The notes beneath the pieces were generated by a model. It saw only the letters and a list, made by a program, of their open reading frames with translations. It ran no database searches and was not told the DNA's origin. A stretch of 64,000 nucleotides of DNA from Malacoraja senta (taxonomy: Eukaryota), in contig CM075990.1 in the NCBI GenBank assembly GCA_038087875.1, positions 9,922,001-9,986,000 on the forward strand, given 5' to 3'. Positions 53,111 to 64,000 of the stretch are shown one piece after another (position 1 is the first letter of the stretch; every line of letters starts with the position of its first letter). The position numbers were made by a program, and so were the translations under genes.

Positions 53111-54479
53111 AGAAGTGAAAGAGCTGAAATGTGAATTAGTTGCAGTGCATGTTTCCCAATGGGCAGAATTGAAAAGAGACAACATTTCAGGGATATTTTT
53201 TACATGGCAGGAATGCCGACAAATATTTTGCTGAATCTCACATTCTCACCTCCCATGATCCTACAGGATGCAACAGAGCAAAACTGGGCTTTTTCAAGAT
53301 TTGCATCTTCGGTAGAAAACCAGATGAGTTATGCAGTAGGAAGCCCAGAAGGATTGAGTCATAAAGTCATACAGCATGGAAACAGACCCTTCGGCCCAAC
53401 TTGCCATGCCGATCAACATGCCCCCATTATAACCAACATGCCATATCAGATTGGTCAGTACAATCACTGGTAAATAACCCGGTATCGCGATGGTTAAAAG
53501 GAATCTAATTTTCTGTTCCATTAAGCATGTACTCTCACTACTGATCAAAGAGACATTCCCTGTCCACCGATTATTGCATCTATTCATTCTTACAATTGCA
53601 ACCAGGGTGTCCAAAGCTGATGTACAGTTGATGTTCAACACTTCCATTTTAAGGATGAGCGCAGCTTTGATGTCAATCTTGGGGGGATTAGATCATCAAA
53701 AAGGATTGCACATTTGATTCATGGCATTGTAAAATTGCAACATGCAACGCCAACGTTTACATTCTGTGTTCCAACTTTTGAAGGCAAACATGTCAACACC
53801 TTCTTCACCATCCTATTTATTTGTGGACTTGAACCCTGCAATCTCTCTATTCATCAAACTCCCTTGAGCTAGATAGGGCTCTTAAAGATAGCAGAGTCAG
53901 GGGATATGGGGAGAAGGCAGGAACGGGGTACTGATTGGGGATGATCAGCCATGATCACATAGAATGGTGGAGCTGGCTCGAAGGGCCAAATGGCCTACTC
54001 CTGTACCTATTGTCCATTGTCTATTATCTATTGGCACTATAATTTACTGTATATATCCTACCCTTATTTGACCTCAACTCATACTTGTCAGGATTAAATT
54101 CCATCTGCCAAATGGGGAGAATATCCTTCTGCAGATTGGAAATATCAACAGCTAAAAAGAGTGCTGTCAGAGTACTATCACAGGTCCTGGACACACTTCC
54201 AATATTCTCAGCACCCTCAAGTTTGCACGGCTGCACAACTCACCATATTACTTGAATACTTATTCAATATGTTATTTAAACTAAACTCAACTCAACTCAA
54301 CTAAACTAAACCAAACTAAACTAAACTAAACTAAAGGCACTCCTTTTAGTCGTTGATAGTTGTCCGTTGAAAATTGTCGGAGTAACAGGAAACAGATAGC
54401 AGGGGTGAAGGCTTCTCAGACTGGAGCAAAATATATAGTGAAGTTTCCCATGGATTGGTAATAGGACCATTAGTTTTTT

Positions 54480-54820
54480 CCAACAGCATCTCATCTTTCG
54501 CTTGGACAGCTTACAGCCCAGTGGTATGATATTGATTTCTCTAACTTCAAGTAACCCCGGTATTCCCTCTCTCTCTCTATCCCTCTCCCACCAAAGTCAC
54601 ACCAGCTTCTTGTTTTCACCCAACAAACAGCTAACAATGGCCTGTTTCCTTTATCATTCTTACTTTTTTGCATATATCTTTCATTCATTGTTCTTTATCT
54701 CTCTATATCATCGTCTATATCTCTCATTTCCCTTATCCCTAACCAATCTGAAGAAAGGTCTCGACCCGTAACGTCACCCATTCCTTCTCTCCAGAGATCC
54801 AGCTTTTTGTGTCTATCATT
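54480..54820 (+). mobile_element. Penelope-like 3' fragment
   Basis: Closely similar to 14200-14590. Confidence 0.78.
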
Positions 54821-56619
54821 AGTTTTCTTAATATGTATCAGTGATTTAAACAAAGATGGACTTTGGTGCAGGAGGCAGTGCCTCTCAGAAACCTTGCCTA
54901 TCCTTACAGGCTGTTTCTGCTGAGAGAGGCCATACATGATACTTTGCTCCTCACTGCTGTACTGCACAAAAACTGCACTGATGAAGTGGGGAACTCTTGA
55001 CTGTTGTTGCATGTGGCTTCAGCATTCACTCCTGAATGGGCCATTAGGCTGCAGTGCAGTGCTCCCAAAAGTGCAGGTGTTCACAGAAGGCACTCACATC
55101 CTTACTGCTTCTGCTTACCCTGCCTATTCCCTTCATAGTTTTACAGACACCTACCATTGCTGCTTCCTCAATGCACTGTTCTTCAGAATCTTCTGTGGGT
55201 TCGCCTATTCCCCTCAAGGACAACTACCCATCTTCACAGCATCAGAGCATGTATTTATTCCACTGCTACAGTCCAGTTGTAAACATGCTGACTGCACTGT
55301 GGTAAGGTGTGTTAAGGGCTATTCCCTGAGGTCAAGAGCAGCAAAGAAAGGTGCGACGAATGGAAGAAATTAGACCCTTGAACACAGTTCCCAACAAAGG
55401 TGGCAGGACTGAAGGAGATTACAATGACAGCGAAGGGTGAGATTGTGAGGAGATTTGAAAACAAGGATTATTTCAAATAGTCTGAAGAAGGGTCTCGACC
55501 TGAAGTGTCACCCATTCCTTCTCTCCAGAAATGCTGCCTGTCCCGCTGAGTTACTCCAGCATTTTGTGTCTATCTTCGGTTTAAACCAGCATCTGCTGTC
55601 CCTTCCTACACTATTTCAAAATAGCTGATATGCTTTACGGAAGGCCAACACGAGGAAAGGATTAAATATATTGTTCGAGAGCAGCTTAGAAAAGTGACAA
55701 TTGAATGTTGATATTCCGAAGGGTTTTTGAAACAGGACAGGGTTCTGGGACAATGGGATACTTTAGTTCCAAACTGGGAACGTGCAGTTACACTCAAATC
55801 CACGTGAGTCTGCTCTACAGCCATGGAGTCTTATGGGAGGAACAGAATGAAATCTCCCAGTGCTGTTTATTTAACTTTAGCATTATGTATTCTATTCCTT
55901 ACACGCCCCCTAGGCAACGGATCTAATAAGTTCTAACATCAGCAGCTGTCAAAGAAATCGGGTCAATCATTTCTTCTTTGAGAAAGAATAGCAGTGGATT
56001 TCAGTCTCCATCGCATGGTTTTTGCATATGGATTTGGCTGAAATAAAGGCACTATTGATATTAGTCCGGGAATTAGTGATTTTGATTTTATTACTGGGAT
56101 TACGGCGCTGTAGTTCGTACCCTTGCCCGACAAAAGCATCGATAGGAGTTTGAAGAAAACCCTGAGTTGCAGCCTGGATGAAAACATGTCGCACCTGCTG
56201 GGTCACTTGACCCCATTTGGGGAGGGGAGGGGAGGGAAGGGGATGGTGGGGGGGGGATTCAGTCTCATCGCACGGCTCCTCAATGTGTGGTTCGACTCTG
56301 GTTATTGCAGGAGAGGGGCTGTAATTAAATCTGAAATAGGAATTAAAGACGCTAGGCACAGGCTGTTCACACTGGATATTTGCATTAATGAGGCTGCAGT
56401 TTATGTTCAACAGAAGGAAGCTATTCACCAGACAAATCCCTACCGTCCCTGTGTGCCAGTTCAGCTGTATTTAAAACAAGAAAGGAGATATGAGCTGTAC
56501 TGGGGGTGCATCAAGGCTTAAAACAACAGAGTGGGGCCTCAGAGTTACAGTCAGAGCAGAAACCAGCTCTGTAATCCTACTAAGCCATGGTCAAGCAACT
56601 GCAGAGATTCAGGAGCCTT

Positions 56620-56962
56620 CTGAAGATAGACACAAAATGCTGGAGTAACTCAGCGGGACAGACAGCATCTCTGGAGAGAAGGAATGGGTGACGTTTCGGG
56701 CCGAGTCCCTTCAGACTGATGTCAGGGGAAAGGGAGATACATAGATAAGAAAGTGTAAGGTGTGAAAATAAGACAACGGGAATGGAGATCAAGGAACATG
56801 TAGAATAGGTCATTGTTAGCTGGGAGAAGATAACTACAACAAAGCAAACAGTGACAAAATGTAGTCGGAGACAGGAATGGTCAGAGAACTGGGAAGAGGG
56901 AGGGATGGAGAGTGAGGAAAAGCAAGGGTTACTTGAAGTTAGGGAAGTCAATGTTCATACCA
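56620..56962 (-). mobile_element. Penelope-like 3' fragment
   Basis: Reverse complement of the same 3' UTR/terminal repeat. Confidence 0.75.
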
Positions 56963-57869
56963 CAATATGTTCAGGTCAATGTTCCAATGGAAATCCATCA
57001 CCTTAAAATACTGCAGAAATTCAGGAAGCATTGAGTCATACACCTATGTTTATAACACAATGATTCCACAATTTCTGCATTATTTTAGGGTGATCTATTT
57101 CCGTGATGTATTTCCACATTTGTGAAAAATAACCAATGGACAGAAAGACTTGCACCTTTCTACAGATTTCACATCATCCCAAGGCAGTCAACGTCAGCAG
57201 TAATTCAGCATCCAATTTGCAAACAGAAAGCCCTACAACTAGCAATGAGCCAATGACCAGTAGTGTTAAGTGGGGAATGAAGAAAGAGGAAGAAGTTTGG
57301 ACTTTTTTGCCTTCCATCACAGTGAGGAATGTGGGGAATCCACTGTGGTGGATGTCTGATAATAAGTCCCTGACTTAAATTGGCTCTGCTTAGATTCAGG
57401 AGTTGCTTGTATGGAGACTGACTGATTTTTCAGAACTGTCAGCCACATTTTAAGTTATAGGAGTAGAATTGGGCCATTTGGCCCATCAAGTCTACTCCGC
57501 CATTCTATCTCTCCCTCCGTACCCCATTCTCCTGCCTTCTCCCCACAATCTCTGATACCTGTACCTATCTCTGCTTTAAAAAATATTGACCCATGTTATC
57601 GTGGGATCTACCCTCAATTAAACTTTCCAAAGGAAGGCAATAAAAATATTATTTCTCAGGGTGATTGAGTAATGCAGAGAGGATTTAAGAATAGTGACAC
57701 AAATCATATTTTATAATTCTGATATGGTCCATGTCAGAGAGAAATGACCTTAGAGTACGGTAGATGGTCTAATGCATGCAAACAACATTAAAAGAGCATC
57801 ATGGAGGAGCGGCAGCAGCTCGTCACTCCATGAACTGATTCATTTAAGCACAGCAATCATATTAATTAA

Positions 57870-57884
57870 ATTAGCATAACAATG
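57870..57884 (-). promoter_or_regulatory. SOX-OCT (POU) composite motif CATTGTTATGCTAAT
   Basis: Match to the Sox/POU composite consensus, next to TAATTAA homeodomain sites in non-repeat DNA. Confidence 0.55.
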
Positions 57885-58389
57885 AAAAGGACCGTCAAAT
57901 AAATAAAGGAAACTCAAATTATGAGCAACAATATAACCGTCAGAACTGTAAATTGAAACAAATTATCTTTGGCAGACACCTGCTCAAACCAGAGAGCCTC
58001 AGCAACTGATCAGTGTGCAAGATAAATTAAAAGCCTAAAACAAGATATCCATTGCACTCAGAGCTGACCTGGATCATTTATTGACTGCAACATATAACAG
58101 GGAATAGAGGGTTTTTTAAAGTTGCTATTTAACGCTATCTACGAGTCCTCACCGGGAGACTGTGTGTAGACATGGGCTTTCTGTGTGCAGTAAATCAAGT
58201 TTGTTCTAGAGTCACAGAACCATGCAAACTTGTTCAGTACCTATTGATATCATTGAATCTTATTGCACAGAAGGAAGACATTTGGCTCATCGTATCTGTG
58301 CCACATCTTCAAATGAGCTATCCCACTCACATTCCTCTTTCCCAAATATTTCTATTTATTTTTTAGGAAATTGCTATATATCTGATTTC

Positions 58390-59570
58390 TAGGAAGTTAA
58401 TGGCAAGACTTATACAGTTAATTGCAAGACTCTTAACAGCAGTGATGTGCAGATGGATCTTGCAGTCCAAGTTCATAGTTAACTAAAGGTGGCAACACAA
58501 GTGGATAGGGTGGTAAAGAAGGCATATTGCTTCCCTTCATTGCTATGGGCATTGAATACAAGAGTCAGGAAGTCATGATGCAGCTCTATAGGATTTTGGT
58601 TGGGCTACATTTGGAATATTGCGTGTAGTTCTGGTTGCCCAATTCGACAATAGACAATAGACAATAGGTGCAGGAGTAGGCCATTTGGCCCTTCGAGCCA
58701 GCACCGCCATTCAATGTGATCATGGCTGATCATCCCCGATCAGTACCTAATCCGTAATTACAGGAAAGTTGTGGAAGTTTTGGAGAGGGTGCAGAGGTAT
58801 GTTACCAAAATGCTGCTTGGTTTCGAGAGATTAGAGATGTGGACAGCTCGTTGGCATAGTGGTAGAGCTGCTGCCTACAGCACAAGAGGCCTGGGTTCTA
58901 TCCTGACTATGGGTGCTGTCTGTACGGAGTTTGTATGTTCTCCCTGTGACCGAGTGGGTTTTCTTTGGGTGCTCCGGTTTACTCCCACACTCCAAAGATG
59001 TAAGGGTTTGTAGGTTGATTGGCTTCGGTAAAATTGTAAATTGTCCCTTGTGTGTCGGATAGCGTTAGTGTATGGGTGATCAGTGTGGACTCAGTAGGCT
59101 GAAGGGCCTGTTTTCACGCTGTATCTCTAAAGTAAAGTCTAAAAGTTTCAACTACACAGAGAGGTTGGATAGATTTGGATTGTTTTTTCTGGAACATCGG
59201 AGGTTGAGAGGAGATTTTATATAAGTATATAAAATTATGGGAGGCATAGATAGGGTAGACAGTCAGAACCTTTTACCCAAGGTGGAAACATTGGAGGGCA
59301 TAGCTATAAGGTGAATGGGAGAAAGTTTAACGAAGATGTGCTGGGCAAGTTTTATACACAGAAGGTGGTGGGCGCCTGCAACACATTGCCAGGGGCGCTG
59401 GTGGAAGCAGATACGATAGTGGTATTTAAGAGGCTTTAGGATAGGCACATAGAAGTACAGGGAATGATGTGGATCATGTGCAGGTAGATGAGATCAGTTC
59501 AAATAGGCGTCATGTTTAACACAAATATCGTGGTTCAGAGGGCCCGATCCCATGCTGTTCTGTGTTCTAT
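58390..59570 (+). mobile_element. CR1 3' portion with nested inverted CR1 tail (about 58645-58750) and HE1 SINE (about 58843-59140)
   Basis: VEVLERVQRYVTKMLLG; CR1 homology resumes after the SINE. Confidence 0.8.
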
Positions 59571-61479
59571 GAAGCATGTTCAGACATATCAATCAATATT
59601 TTAATACAATAATTCCCCTTTACAATTTGTTTTATTTGTGACTGCCCAGCGTCTATGAGTTCTGTCACAAGCTGGGCACTTAACTGTTATAGACGCATAG
59701 TGCATGTGATGTTAAATATTGACCTCAATAATTCCCGAGTCAATGAACTATTACCAGTGAGTGTCCACTGTTGTGATGTCAGAAACATAGCAATACAATT
59801 TTGTATGTAGATGACCTCATAGAAGTTATGAGGGCCATTAACAGAGTTAATAGTCACGGTCTTTTTTGCTGGGTAGGGGAGTCTAAAACTGGTGTACATT
59901 GGTTTAAGGTGAGAGGGGAAAGATAGAAAGGAATGTGAGAGGCAGATTTTTCACCTACTGGATGGAAACCATCTTCCTCTCCTACCCTTTAATACTGCTG
60001 CGAATCAATTTTAATGTATGTTCTGACTTTTCACTTGCTGTGAGAAATCCGACTCAATCTAATATCTTCTATCTATGTGCTGGAATTAGGGATGCATTGG
60101 TCGGAGTAAACATCAGGGTGTGGGGCTGCAGTTAGGGTTCCATGCTTGGTGGGAGTCAGAGTCTTCACCCACAGAGCTGTAACTTGGAAATTTTACTGAT
60201 TGTATGCCTCGTTGTCACCTTTCCATCAGCTAACAATGATCAGCTACATTATCCTTGAGCTTCATCCTCTTTGATCTCTCGTTTTCATATCTTCGCCTTC
60301 CATATCTCTATGTCTCCCTCTCGGCTGACTCTTAGTCTGAAAACGGGTTCGACCTGAAACATCACCCATTCCCTCTCTCCAGAGATGCTGCCTGTTCCTC
60401 TGAGTTTCTCCAGCATTTTGTGTCTATCTTCGGTGTAAACCAGCATCTGCAGTTCCTTCCTACACTTAGAAATAGAATCAGGGGTGTCTTATTGTGAGGG
60501 TCCTGGTATGAGGCTAATTGCCTTTTCCTACGTCAGCATTCCCTTTTATCAAGACTTTTATTTCTTTATTGCTGTCAGCTCTGTTGGGCCAAAAAGAATT
60601 ATTGCATTACTGCTGGTCTTCTGATCCCCAATTACAGTTTTATTGCCAATCCAGTTATGATTTCCCACATCACCTTTTATTCCTCTGGTTTTGCAGTTTA
60701 TTTGAGTGTTTTCTGTTGAGCTTACCTTGAGATTTACAGTTCCAACATCTGAATGGATCTTGTGAGAGGGTGTAGGTGGTTGTGGATAGATTCAGGATCA
60801 CGGAATTTGTCCAATGCTGAGAATATGTTAGAATGAATCTTCCATCCCCCTTGCACTAGTTTCCCAAATGTGTACATTGTTGTTTAGTTTAGCTTATTAT
60901 TGTCACATGGACTGAGATACAGCAAAAGCTTGCTTTGTGTGATATCCAGTCAAATCATACAGTATATATGAGTATGAGTACAATTATATATAAGCAAATT
61001 AGTGAAACAATTGCAAATAGATTTCCTTCTGGGACAGCATGCAAAGAATCACCATCTTGCAACTTTCAGTTCCAAGTCTATGAAAAGTCTGATCTTAGCC
61101 TAATCTGCAACTTCTTATGTTGTCAATTTAAGGCCCATTGTCCTGGTTGCACAGGATCGATGATGGAGGAGTCCACTTAGCCCAGTGTGAAATTGTGGGT
61201 TCCTTGCACGACTGTTCCACACAGCTACTGCTCGATCTGCTTGCTCACCTGGCTGCTGCAGGTTCTCCAGCAGACTCCTCCCCTTTACCTTGCATACTTG
61301 TGTACTGTATGCAAAACAAAGAATTTCACTGTAGCAAGTACACGTGACAATAAAGTATTAATCAATCATTCAATGCCGCGATCTGCCAGCACTGCAACTG
61401 TGTCGTCACTTCCTTCTCCACCCTTCTTTGTCCGGGCACCGAGGTCACCATGTCCCACTTCCCGAACTGACCATGAAAC

Positions 61480-61935
61480 CTACTGAACACCTCCGCTCAG
61501 TCCATCTTAACCAACCTGACCGCCCGGTTGCTCAGCACTTCAACTCCCCCTCCCATTCCCACTCCCACTTTGACCTTTCTGCCCTGGACCCCCTCCATTG
61601 CCAGAGTGAGGCCCAGCGCAAATTGGAGGCACGGCACCTCATATTCCGCTTGGGTAGTTTACACCCCAGCGGTATGAACATTGACTTCTCTAATTTTAGA
61701 TAGCCCTTTCTTTCTCCCTCCTTCATCTCCCCTTCCCAGTTCTCCCACGTCCTACTGTCTCTGCCTACTTCGTTTCTTTCCCCCCCACCCCCACCCCCCG
61801 ACATCAGTCTGAAGAAGTGTCTCGACCCGAAACGTCGCCAATTCCTTCTCTCCATAGATGCTGCCTCGCCCGCTGAGTTTCTCCAGCATTTTTTGCCTAC
61901 CTTTGATTTTTCCAGCATCTGCAGTTCTTTCTTAA
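61480..61935 (+). mobile_element. Penelope-like element 3' end with hammerhead core at 61809-61836
   Basis: EHLRSVHLNQPDRPVAQHFNSPSH...RKLEARHLIFRLGSLHPSGMNIDFSNFR (GIY-YIG C-terminus); CTGAAGA...GAAACGTC. Confidence 0.82.
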
Positions 61936-63419
61936 ACATGAAACCTAGAGCTCCTTCCGAGGGCACAGGAGGTGATCTTACAGAATGTTTACAGCCACTA
62001 ACTTTCCCCTTTACCGACCACCACTGACATCTTGAGTGAAGGCCATTTTGTTAAAAACATTTCAGCTTGACAATACCTGGGCAAATTTATTGATTGCAAC
62101 TATCTCTGAATCTATAACTGCTAAATATTTATGTGACAATGATTTATTATCAAGCTTTGTTTTGATTTGATTTTAAACTCTGTTTAGCCCACTTAAATAT
62201 CAAGGCTAACATAATATCTGCTCAGGAGACCCTTTCAATGATAGGAGATTAAACCTATCCAATTTAATATCCATTAGTTTTAAAATATTGAATAGACAAT
62301 CATAACTAATCCAACACATTTGTCCTTTAATTGGCTGGTTACAGACTTTATCATCTCATTTATGGGAATGGGTCACGTGAATGACACAGACTACAGAATA
62401 TTGTAGTCGATTTTACAGGACAAAACACTTCAAATGTTCTTCAGCAATAAAGAGTAATCTAACATTCCAGAAACTCAGACAAAACTTAAACACAATTTAA
62501 ACAGACAAACAAATAATAATGTTACAGAATTATAGAAAAAATGTGTCTTAATAGTTCAGAAAACAGAGATGTTGAGTTGTGCAGTGCAGAAACAGGTTCT
62601 TCAGTCCACCATGTCTATGCCAACTGTTGCATCCATCTTGACTGATCCCATTTACCCACATTAGGTCACAGACATCCATGCCTTGGTGGTTCAACTACTT
62701 ATCTTGATGATTCTTAACTCTTGAGAGAGTACCTGCCCCCACCACCATCTCTCAAAGGGCTTAAAGTCTGAGATTTGATTTACACACTAGTTGATACGTG
62801 CTGCAAGGAGCTGGGTTCAGTCCAGACCTCAGGTTCAGTCTAAGTGCTGTTTGCTCTTGCTGCTGTTTAGTCCGTGGGTTTCCACTGCTGACTTCAGTTT
62901 CCATCATATTCCAAACTGCGCTGGTCGGTTTATCGGCTGCTGAGTCTGATTCGATTTGATTTGCGTTTGAGTTTGATTTAGTCACATGTACCGAGGTACA
63001 GTGAAAAGCTTTTGATGCGTGCTAATCATTCAGCGTAAAGACAATACTTGATTACAATCAAGCCATCCGCTGTGTACAGATGCATGATAAAGGGAATACC
63101 GTGAATATAGTTTATTGCAAGGTAAAGTCCAGTAAAGTGCGATGAAAGGTAGTCCGCGCGTCCCCAATGATGTAGATAGTAGCTCAGGATTCAGGACTGC
63201 AAGTTATCCCAGAGTGTACCTTAATAGCAAAAACTCATCAAAGGGAATGCTGATGGACATGTGAAAGAGTAAATTGCTGGAATAAAGGAAGTAAAACAAT
63301 GGGAATAGGTCATTTAGGATTACTCACTGGGAGATGTCATGGGCCCAATGGGCTGAATATCCTTCTTCTGTATGATTGTATATAAGATTAGGAATGATGC
63401 CTGGGATTCATTTCGCTTG

Positions 63420-63790
63420 TTCCATAACCTCAAACACTTTACAATCCATGACGTACATTTTGAAGTGCAGACCGGGGGAACAGGGCAGTTAAATTGTACA
63501 TAGCCTGCTCCCACAGTGATAACAATCAGATAATCTGTTTAATGAGATTGATTGCTCCATGGATTATTATTGATCAGGGCACCAGGGATATCGCCCCTAC
63601 TCTCCTTTGAAGTAGTGCCATGGGATCTATTTGAAAGGCCAGATGGGACCTCGGTTGATATTGTCTCTGAAACAGTGCTGTGTTCCTTCATTAGTACACT
63701 GGAGCATCTGATTCTCTGCTCTAGTTTTGAAACTAGGATTCATATCCATTACTTTCCAACTCAGTTGTAAGGATGCGACTGACACTGGAC
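63420..63790 (-). mobile_element. Degraded DeuSINE-like (SacSINE/AmnSINE-type) element
   Basis: gaagtagtgccatgggatct...gggacctcggtt...agtacactggag resembles the Deu-domain SINE body in reverse orientation. Confidence 0.5.
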
Positions 63791-63879
63791 GAACTTATTA
63801 ATTCTTTTTTCCAATGAAGATATGTCTGAGGTCCACACACAGGATGAATGATGATTTCCTGGATCGTGCATTTACTGCT

Positions 63880-64000
63880 AGTTTAGTTTAGTTTAGAAAT
63901 ACAGCACGGAAACAGGCCCCTTCGGCCCACTGAGTTTGTGCCGACCAGCGATCCCCGTACACTAGCACTATCCCACACACGGGACAATTTACAATTCTTA
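63880..64000 (-). mobile_element. HE1-type SINE 3' part (runs off the window)
   Basis: (gttta)n tail and acagcacggaaacaggccc...ttcggcccac. Confidence 0.8.

Noticed and set aside
54936..55373. 145-aa plus-strand ORF
   Set aside because: No recognisable homology or coding signature
60726..60816. Minus-strand exon-like unit with AG and GTAAGC boundaries
   Set aside because: No recognisable protein and no partner exons found

Overview
Repeat-rich vertebrate genomic DNA, most likely from a cartilaginous fish (skate/ray-like). This is inferred from HE1-type V-SINEs, CR1 LINEs, DeuSINE-like remnants and very abundant Penelope-derived terminal repeats. One protein-coding gene can be reconstructed by hand: an ABCG2-like half-transporter on the minus strand. 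It has 11 coding exons from the ATG at 19604 down to 1184, all GT-AG and phase-consistent (1444 nt, about 481 codons); the remaining 3' exons lie left of the window. It differs from human ABCG2 in one intron position and in several conserved motifs (NPxDF, HQPR, R383). Upstream are a nearly full-length, frameshifted 6.7-kb Tx1-clade non-LTR retrotransposon embedded in a compound microsatellite, Harbinger- and Tc1/mariner-type MITEs with clean TSDs, and many Penelope terminal repeats carrying minimal hammerhead-ribozyme cores, often as back-to-back palindromes. There is also a 200-N assembly gap and unique-looking non-coding DNA at 56-58 kb with a canonical SOX-OCT composite motif. No second protein-coding gene could be supported.
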